From positions 1 to 40,823 of the forward strand of contig CAZIQM010000003.1 of assembly GCA_964541635.1 (NCBI GenBank): a stretch of 40,823 nucleotides of DNA, given 5' to 3'. The notes beneath the pieces are model-generated. The model saw nothing but the letters and a program-made list of their open reading frames with translations, was not told where the DNA came from and searched no databases. A program made the position numbers and the translations under genes. The DNA comes from an uncultured Candidatus Peribacteria bacterium. GTDB lineage: Bacteria > Patescibacteriota > Gracilibacteria > Peribacterales > Peribacteraceae. Of this stretch, positions 35,157 to 40,823 are shown piece by piece; the first letter of the stretch is position 1, and each line of letters begins with the position of its first letter.

Positions 35157-36094
35157 CCGTTGGCTGCGGAAACGAGCGCTTCAACGAGCAAGTCCTGGTA
35201 ACGGGGGTACGTGACGCCGTAGTCGCGCACCGAAAGCCCCGGCTTGCTGTTGAGTTCGATGATGTACCACCGTCCGGAGACGTCGCGCCCGAGGTCGACG
35301 CAGAACACGCGGTGCTTCGACATCGGCTTGAACCGCTCGTCGACCGCCCGAACGATTTTCATCGCGTCGGCCGGCCGCTGCTCGGGCAGCACTTCGATTT
35401 CCTTGCCGCCCTTCGACACGTTCGAGATCAACGAGCCTTCCTTCGCCTTGCGCGCGTACGTGAGCGCGATTTCGCCGTCGACGAGGATCGTCCGCAGGTC
35501 GCCGACGCCGTCGATGATGCCGGGAATCCCGCCGGACGTGTCGACGTACTGCTGCACGATGAGCGGGTATGCGTGTTCGGCGCGCAGCACCTCCTCGGGC
35601 GGACCGATGACGACGCCCTTCGCTTCGGCGCCGTCGACCGGTTTGGCGACCGCCATGGGCGAGGGCCAGTTTTCCAACGCCGCCTCCAGCCCCGCGCGGT
35701 CCTTCACTTCGAGCGTCTTCGGCGACAGGTCGGGGAACATCGCGACCGTCGCCCTCTTGTCGACGCAGATGCGGTTCATCTCGGCGTCATTGAGGAGTTT
35801 CGAGCCGGCGTCGCCGACGAAGTAACCCTTGTCGTAAATGAGATCGAGGTCGATCTCTTCCTCGTGGCGGACGAATTGCCCGTCCTCGAATTCCCAGTAG
35901 CCCTTGAAACGGTTGCCGCCGAGGAAGGTCCGCTGTTCGCGGACGATGCAAAACCTCGCGCCTTTTTCCTCGACCAACCGCGCCACTTGGTCGTACGCGA
36001 TGCGGAATTCCTCGATGTTGAACGGGTAATCCGTCAGCTTCGGGGCGTCGAAAAAAACGCCTATTCGTTTCCGGGTCTGTTCGTGCGCTGGCAC
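35153..36094 (-). CDS. ATP-grasp ligase family protein (paralog B)
   Basis: GTG start. 313 aa, collinear with paralog A: MAVAKPVDGAEAKGVVI, YPLIVQQYVDTSGGIPGI, GDLRTILVDGEI, EGSLISNVSKGGK, FCVDLGRDVSGRWYIIELNSKPGL. The stop overlaps the start of paralog A (ATGA). Confidence 0.7.
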   Translation of the reverse strand: MPAHEQTRKRIGVFFDAPKLTDYPFNIEEFRIAYDQVARLVEEKGARFCIVREQRTFLGGNRFKGYWEFEDGQFVRHEEEIDLDLIYDKGYFVGDAGSKLLNDAEMNRICVDKRATVAMFPDLSPKTLEVKDRAGLEAALENWPSPMAVAKPVDGAEAKGVVIGPPEEVLRAEHAYPLIVQQYVDTSGGIPGIIDGVGDLRTILVDGEIALTYARKAKEGSLISNVSKGGKEIEVLPEQRPADAMKIVRAVDERFKPMSKHRVFCVDLGRDVSGRWYIIELNSKPGLSVRDYGVTYPRYQDLLVEALVSAANG

Positions 36095-36239
36095 CGGAGC
36101 ATTCTAGGAGCCGGCGGGCCCGAAACAATTGACACGTTCCAGCGCTTCGAAACCGCTCCCCGCTGCGGTTTCCACGTTGTCCTTGCGCACGGGTTCCTTT
36201 TGGAGTTTGGCAGCGCCGGGCATCGCTACACTGCCCGCG

Positions 36240-36866
36240 ATGACCCTGCAGTTCGGATCGATCCTCGCGTCGTCGTTCCTCGCCTTCGCCTCGCCGGCGT
36301 TGGCCGCCGACGGCGGTTCGTGCGTGACGATCAACGTCCAGCAACCTCCCGCGAACGTCGACATGCAACGCGTCCGCGACGCGTGGTTCGGGTGGTACAA
36401 CGACTATCGCGCGCAGTCCGGGCTTCTTCCTTATTTGTCCGATCCCACGCTCGAGCGCACCGCGGGTAACTGGTCGTACTACGCGGTGAAGCGGGGCACG
36501 ATCGACCACAAGCGCGCGTGGCAGGCGCCGTACTACGATTATCCCGCGGTCGAACGGTGGTTCGGCAATTTCGGCGTCACGTTCGAGAACGTCCGTGGCA
36601 AAACGTTCACGGAGAACATCGGGTGGGGTCCCTACCGCTGCGACGAGGACGATTGCACCGACGAACTCATCGCGGCGATCCGCACGACGTTCGAGTTCTT
36701 CCTGAGCGAAAAAGGAAAGTCCTACAGCCCCCACTACAACGCCATCGTCAGCCCGGCCTTCACGCGCATGGGCATGGGCATCGGCATCGATCCGGCCACG
36801 AAGAAGTACTACCTCACGGCGCACTTCGCGACGGCGTTGGCCTCCGAGCCCGAGATCTGCCGCTAA
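36240..36866 (+). CDS. Secreted CAP/SCP (PR-1-like) domain protein
   Basis: Start trimmed to ATG 36240 (MTLQFGSILASSFLAFASPALA is a signal peptide). CAP blocks: YRAQSGLLPY..L...A..W, ENIGWG, SPHYNAIVSPAFTRMGMGIG, YYLTAHF. Confidence 0.65.
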   Translation: MTLQFGSILASSFLAFASPALAADGGSCVTINVQQPPANVDMQRVRDAWFGWYNDYRAQSGLLPYLSDPTLERTAGNWSYYAVKRGTIDHKRAWQAPYYDYPAVERWFGNFGVTFENVRGKTFTENIGWGPYRCDEDDCTDELIAAIRTTFEFFLSEKGKSYSPHYNAIVSPAFTRMGMGIGIDPATKKYYLTAHFATALASEPEICR

Positions 36867-36914
36867 GCGGGTGGACGGCGCCGCGGGGTCCGCTACAATT
36901 CGCGGGCGTTCGTT

Positions 36915-37001
36915 GCCCAGATGGCGAAATTGGTAGACGCGCACGCTTCAGGAGCGTGTGGGAGCAATCCCTTGGAGGTTCGAGTCCTCTTCTGGGCACC
37001 A
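36915..37001 (+). tRNA. tRNA-Leu (anticodon CAG), class II, CCA encoded
   Basis: Acceptor GCCCAGA/TCTGGGC, anticodon stem CACGC/GCGTG with loop TTCAGGA, long variable arm, T-loop TTCGAGT, 3' ACCA. Confidence 0.92.
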
Positions 37002-37017
37002 TTCACGAGTATTCCGC

Positions 37018-37167
37018 ATGACAAACACTTCCTCCTACGTCTCCGCATCGGCCCCGGTCGGCATCACGGTCGAGTATTTCCGCGGGCTCATCGCGCAATT
37101 CGGCTCGGAAGACGACATCCCGCTCAGCGAAATCGACATCGTCGAATACCGACGGGCGACGGCCTGA
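37018..37167 (+). CDS. Possible small acidic protein (49 aa)
   Basis: ATG lies 17 nt after the tRNA. Moderate GC3. MTNTSSYVSASAPVGITVEYFRGLIAQFGSEDDIPLSEIDIVEYRRATA. No SD, and I recognise no family. Confidence 0.3.
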   Translation: MTNTSSYVSASAPVGITVEYFRGLIAQFGSEDDIPLSEIDIVEYRRATA

Positions 37168-37170
37168 GCG

Positions 37171-37566
37171 TCAGGCCTTCGGCGGATCCTGCCAGAGCCC
37201 GATGACGTTGCCGAAGGGGTCTTTCATGTAGCAGTAGAACCCCATGCCCATCATGTCCGTTTTCGGCATGACGACGGTGGCGCCCTTGGCTTCCATCTGC
37301 GCGACGCGCTCGTCGATCGATTCGACCTGCACGGCGAAGACCGGCGCCTGGACTTTGTCGTTCTTGAGGATGATGCCGCCGTTGATGGCGCCCGGCTTCA
37401 GCGGCACGCGCGTCGTTTCGTCGATGGGCGTCGTGTGGACGCCGACCATGGTCGAACCATCGGGCATCGGCCAGTCCTGGAGCTTCCAACCGAAGATCGG
37501 CGCGTAGAAGTCGCGGGCCTGCTGCAGGTCGGTGACGGGGAGTTCGAAGTGGACGATGGGATCCAT
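37171..37566 (-). CDS. VOC (glyoxalase/bleomycin-resistance/dioxygenase) superfamily protein
   Basis: IVHFELPVTDLQQARDFYAPIFGWKL ... FYCYMKDPFGNVIGLWQ is the typical paired beta-alpha-beta-beta-beta module. Confidence 0.8.
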   Translation of the reverse strand: MDPIVHFELPVTDLQQARDFYAPIFGWKLQDWPMPDGSTMVGVHTTPIDETTRVPLKPGAINGGIILKNDKVQAPVFAVQVESIDERVAQMEAKGATVVMPKTDMMGMGFYCYMKDPFGNVIGLWQDPPKA

Positions 37567-37672
37567 GTGCGAGGGGGGACAGGCGAAGCCTACGCAGCGC
37601 GAAAGAAAGGTCCAAATCCAGCCGTCGCACGTCGTGTTGACCGGATTTCAATCGATAGTACGATACTAAACC

Positions 37673-38260
37673 ATGGAATTCCGGGAAGTCATCGACGGCA
37701 TGAAAGACCGCGTCTACGAGTCGCTTCCCCGCCGGCACGAGGCGTGGGAGAACGATGTCTGGGAAGGCATCGCCCGCCCGAGCTCCGCGCAGGCCTACCG
37801 GACGGCGCTCGTGAAACACGTGAACGGCGACCTCGCGAGCGACGCGGGGATCAGCGCGTTCGAAACCGTCCGTACCGATCTCTTCGGGCGGAGGGTGCTC
37901 GACGCGGTGGACGCGAGCCTCGCGCGGTTCGTCCCGGCCCCCGAAGGCGCCGATCCGTTCGACGTGGTCGAAGTCCTCGAACTCATGCGCGAGCACGCCG
38001 GCTACAAGTTTTACAAATGGGCGTCTCTCACGCAGCTCGGCGAACTCGTCGCGCTGTGCGAACGCATCCCGCGGGAGCACGCCGAATCGTACGCCGCGAC
38101 CGTGAACGGAACGGTCGGCCTCCTGGCGCATTCCGCGGCCGTGCTCGAATGCGACGTCGACTCGAAACCGAATTTTTCGACCATGCGGCACCGCGTCAGG
38201 CTGTATTCGCAACTCAAAACGTTCGGGGAGCGGATATTCGCCGCTTTCGACGATCGTTGA
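37673..38260 (+). CDS. Hypothetical cytoplasmic protein
   Basis: 195 aa with ATG start and a consistent coding frame. I recognise no family. Confidence 0.55.
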   Translation: MEFREVIDGMKDRVYESLPRRHEAWENDVWEGIARPSSAQAYRTALVKHVNGDLASDAGISAFETVRTDLFGRRVLDAVDASLARFVPAPEGADPFDVVEVLELMREHAGYKFYKWASLTQLGELVALCERIPREHAESYAATVNGTVGLLAHSAAVLECDVDSKPNFSTMRHRVRLYSQLKTFGERIFAAFDDR

Positions 38261-39007
38261 TCAGCGGCGCGAAGGCCCGGTGGCGAGCCCGAATCCCGCG
38301 GCCGGGATGCAGCCCGATGCAAGGATCCGGATGCCCGCTTCGACGTCGCGGACGCGCATGCGGGCATCGAAGAGCATGCCGAGCGGCGCGTCGTCCGGTT
38401 GCGGCCACGCGGGGTGGAGCACGAACTCCACGACGTCCGACGTGTGCCTCGCGAGCTCCGCCCCGAACTCCTCCGGCGTGAGCGGTTCGCGCTTCGTGTC
38501 GCCGATGTTCCAACTGTATGCGTTGTGGCGGATCACCGGCGCTTCCCATTGCATGGGCGGGGGATTCCCGCCGAAAAGTTCGGCCATCAATTCGTCCCAC
38601 CACGGCATGACCGTGCCCGAGGCATCGAGATGGAAATCGCCGTGCGTGCTCACGTGCGCAGGATCCTTCCCGAGCGCCCCACGGAACGTCGCGAGTTGGC
38701 GGCGCGCGTCGTCGCACGCTTTCCGCCGGATGTCCGGTTGTTCGCCGAGCGTCGTCCCTTTCGCTTTCAGGTCGCGCGTCATCGCCACGCGGTCGGCGTC
38801 GGAGATGCCCGAGAGCTCGAGGTGGATCCCGACAGACACGAGCGGGTGCGCGGACATGGCCTTCGCGCGCTCAACGGCGCCGTCGCCGTCGATAAGGTAT
38901 TCCGCGAAGACATGCACGCCCGTCCGTTCGACCAGGAGAGCGATGCCGCGATCCACCGAAGCGAATCCGGCGTCGTCGCAGACGATGAGGAGTTTCTTGG
39001 CAGCCAT
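38261..39007 (-). CDS. ChbG/HpnK (YdjC-like) carbohydrate deacetylase family protein
   Basis: Start trimmed to ATG 39007. N-terminus LLIVCDDAGFASVDRGI and VSVGIHLEL match the metal-binding blocks of YdjC-like proteins. Confidence 0.55.
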   Translation of the reverse strand: MAAKKLLIVCDDAGFASVDRGIALLVERTGVHVFAEYLIDGDGAVERAKAMSAHPLVSVGIHLELSGISDADRVAMTRDLKAKGTTLGEQPDIRRKACDDARRQLATFRGALGKDPAHVSTHGDFHLDASGTVMPWWDELMAELFGGNPPPMQWEAPVIRHNAYSWNIGDTKREPLTPEEFGAELARHTSDVVEFVLHPAWPQPDDAPLGMLFDARMRVRDVEAGIRILASGCIPAAGFGLATGPSRR

Positions 39008-39087
39008 GCGAACGTTGACGAGTGTACTCCCGTAACTTTTCACCGCTTCGGACGTTATAGAAGTGTTTTCTCCTCCTTTTCCTCCGC

Positions 39088-39414
39088 ATGAATACGAAAC
39101 TCCTCGCCACGGCCGCCCTTTGCTTCTCCTTCGCGGCATGCGCTCCCGTCGGCACCGACGGCGCGAATGGGTCTTCATCCTCGCGCGCGGCGGAACGCTA
39201 CGTGTCGGGCGATTGCCAGGTCGGAGGTTGCAGCGCGGAAGTCTGCGGCGAAGCGGGCGACGAACCGATCGCGAGCAATTGCATCTACAACCCGACGTTC
39301 GCGTGCTATCGGGCCGCGCGATGCGAAAAACAGGCGAACGGCCTCTGCGGATGGACGATGACCTCCGACCTCAGCGCGTGCCTGATGGATCCGCCGACAC
39401 AGGAACGAACTTGA
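39088..39414 (+). CDS. Small Cys-rich lipoprotein (8 Cys in the mature part)
   Basis: Lipobox-like LCFSFAAC, Gly/Ser linker, then 8 spaced cysteines (GDCQVGGCSAEVCGE...SNCIYNPTFACYRAARCEKQANGLCGW...SAC). Confidence 0.6.
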   Translation: MNTKLLATAALCFSFAACAPVGTDGANGSSSSRAAERYVSGDCQVGGCSAEVCGEAGDEPIASNCIYNPTFACYRAARCEKQANGLCGWTMTSDLSACLMDPPTQERT

Positions 39415-39763
39415 TCGACAGCGAGTTCACGCAGTGGCGCGTGTTTTTGTCGGTCAGGCGTTCGCCCATGAAGACGTGGCCGAGGTGGCCGCCGCAGTTC
39501 GAGCAGGTGATCTCGGTGCGGAAGCCGTCGGGATCGGGATGCAATTCCACCGAATCGCCGATGAACTCGTCGAACGCCGGCCACCCGCACCCGGCGTCGA
39601 ATTTCGAGGCGGAGGAAAAGAGCTTTTGGTCGCAGCGGCGGCACGCGTACGTCCCTTCTTTGTAGAAGTTGTCGTACTCGCCAGTGAACGGCGCTTCGGT
39701 TCCTTTGTGGACGATCACGCGTTCTTCGTCCGGCGTCAGTGGGTTCAGCGTCATGCGTGCCAT
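39371..39763 (-). CDS. msrB: Peptide-methionine (R)-S-oxide reductase MsrB
   Basis: Start trimmed to ATG 39763. Zn-binding CxxC pairs (CRRCDQKLF, CSNCGGHLGHVF), GCGWPAF, and catalytic RHCVNS. Confidence 0.92.
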   Translation of the reverse strand: MARMTLNPLTPDEERVIVHKGTEAPFTGEYDNFYKEGTYACRRCDQKLFSSASKFDAGCGWPAFDEFIGDSVELHPDPDGFRTEITCSNCGGHLGHVFMGERLTDKNTRHCVNSLSIKFVPVSADPSGTR

Positions 39764-39809
39764 CGTACCATGCGTCAGAGCCGCTTCGTTCGATCGTCTA
39801 CCTTCCCGT

Positions 39810-40445
39810 ATGCAGTACCTCGCATCCGTGTTCACCCTGGCGCTCGTCGCGTGCGTCGCTTCCCCCGAAGCGTCGCAACCCTTGGATCACGCGACCAACC
39901 GTCCGACGCCGCTCCACTTCGGCCTGCACGTGACGCCGGATTCCGCGGAAAACCCCATCGATCCGCCCGAGCGGTTCACCGGCTACCACGTCGCGACCGA
40001 TTACGAAGTGTCCGCCCAGGAGCTGGACGCCCCGGTCCCCGTGTACGCCATCTGCGCGGGAAGGATCGTCTACAGCGGCTATGCCGAAGGCTACGGAGGC
40101 CTCCTGATCCACCGTTGCACCCTGGACGGCCAACCGGTGTCCGTCATCTACGGACACCTGTCGCGCAACGGACTCCTCGAAGAGGGCACCACGCTGAAGT
40201 CCGGCCAGCAGATAGGGTTCTTGGCCGACGCCCACAGCACGGACAGCGACGGCAACCGCAAGCACCTGCACCTCGGCATCCACAGGGGGAAGGCGCTGGA
40301 TATGCGCGGGTACGTCCAGACCGAAGCGGAAATAGCCGACTTCATCGATCCGGCGACCGTCCTGCCGCAATTGGACGTGGAAGGCGTTCTTCCGAACATG
40401 AAGGCGTACTGGGACACCTCGACCGGCGCGATCGCGCTGCCGTAA
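39810..40445 (+). CDS. M23/LytM-family metallopeptidase lipoprotein
   Basis: Start trimmed to ATG 39810 (MQYLASVFTLALVAC is a lipobox). HxxxD in GYHVATDY and HxH in HLHLGIH, with GQQIG between them. Confidence 0.75.
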   Translation: MQYLASVFTLALVACVASPEASQPLDHATNRPTPLHFGLHVTPDSAENPIDPPERFTGYHVATDYEVSAQELDAPVPVYAICAGRIVYSGYAEGYGGLLIHRCTLDGQPVSVIYGHLSRNGLLEEGTTLKSGQQIGFLADAHSTDSDGNRKHLHLGIHRGKALDMRGYVQTEAEIADFIDPATVLPQLDVEGVLPNMKAYWDTSTGAIALP

Positions 40446-40493
40446 GTAGAGTCGCCTTGTCGTCGACGAGCGTTTGACACTACACTGGCTGCG

Positions 40494-40823
40494 ATGTCCA
40501 GAATGCCCAGCGCCCAACGGATCGCCGAGTCGTTGCTGCTCCTCTTCGTGGCCGCGAGCATCCTGTGGCGCGGGGGCAAGAGCGTCGACGCGACGTGGGC
40601 CCTCGGGATCGTGATGCTGGCGGTGGTGTTCGCCGCGTGGTGGTATCCGGCGTTGCGGCTGGTCGGTTTCCCGAAGCAGGACGCGAGGACGCAACCGATG
40701 ACGGTGCCGCTCGGCATCTGGGGCACGCTGCTCTTTTTCCTCGTGTGGAGCGGACTCAGTTACCTGTCGTCGTCGACGCGCACCTACGGCCTCGACGAAA
40801 TCCTCCGCGACGGCGCGTGCATC
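40494..40823 (+). CDS. Integral membrane protein, N-terminal fragment (possibly O-antigen ligase/Wzy-like); 3' end outside the window
   Basis: ATG 40494 opens a frame with no stop to the window edge (110 codons), strong GC3 and at least 3 TM-like segments. It is not in the ORF track because it is unterminated. Confidence 0.45.
   Translation, partial: MSRMPSAQRIAESLLLLFVAASILWRGGKSVDATWALGIVMLAVVFAAWWYPALRLVGFPKQDARTQPMTVPLGIWGTLLFFLVWSGLSYLSSSTRTYGLDEILRDGACI

Noticed and set aside
33990-36094. Interpretation of the two ATP-grasp genes plus the small ORF as a microviridin/graspetide RiPP cluster.
   Set aside because: The small protein has a Sec signal peptide rather than a leader and lacks a TxKxPSDxx[DE]-type core. 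It is convergent rather than co-transcribed. No GNAT or ABC-exporter partner is adjacent. This is retained only as a remote possibility inside the ATP-grasp finding.
36104-36400. A 98-aa minus-strand ORF upstream of the ATP-grasp operon. Separately, the 36129 start of the CAP-domain ORF.
   Set aside because: The minus-strand ORF overlaps the CAP gene signal-peptide region and has poor coding character. The CAP protein has a canonical signal peptide only when started at ATG 36240.

Overview
This is a gene-dense, high-GC bacterial chromosomal segment. My hand counts on sample 60-mers give about 65-70% GC in most genes. Annotation is on both strands and rests only on reading the ORF translations and the DNA; no database search was possible.

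Most long ORFs in the track are antisense or out-of-frame shadows typical of high-GC DNA (Arg/Pro/Gly/Asp-rich). I kept about 46 CDS, 3 tRNAs (Tyr-GTA, Leu-TAA, Leu-CAG), one CIRCE operator, and a few promoters and terminators.

Housekeeping content:
- a MacAB-like ABC efflux set with duplicated permeases
- cfa, holA, greA, mnmA, prfA, folD, tmk, groES-groEL, msrB
- EamA, ZIP and YibE/F-type transporters

These are interleaved with a large set of envelope and secreted genes:
- a dockerin / cohesin-FN3 / cupredoxin-like operon
- an SLH protein, a sortase, a CAP-domain protein, an M23 peptidase and Cys-rich small proteins
- a mosaic Cys-repeat protein and a membrane-anchored Clp-like AAA+ protein

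I saw no CRISPR array, transposase, integrase or rRNA. Starts mostly lack Shine-Dalgarno sequences, and stop/start overlaps (ATGA, TAATG) are frequent. Gene content is reminiscent of streamlined Patescibacteria/CPR-like genomes, but that is inference only.

Most interesting candidates:
1. A roughly 1029-aa signal-less protein ends in a GxSxG alpha/beta-hydrolase (lipase-like) module. It is translationally coupled to a small membrane-anchored protein, and GC drops across the enzymatic end and the small gene. This is a candidate polymorphic toxin-immunity pair with no known secretion system nearby.
2. An adjacent dockerin-only protein and cohesin-FN3 protein lie in one operon.
3. Two proteins of that operon share a C-terminal [DE]SGPxxW + TM + FR[RK] signal.
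4. Two paralogous ATP-grasp ligases sit in tandem with an overlapping stop/start.
5. A roughly 1-kb AT-rich, largely non-coding island lies downstream of groEL. It holds a self-contained small-ORF transcription unit and several strong hairpins.
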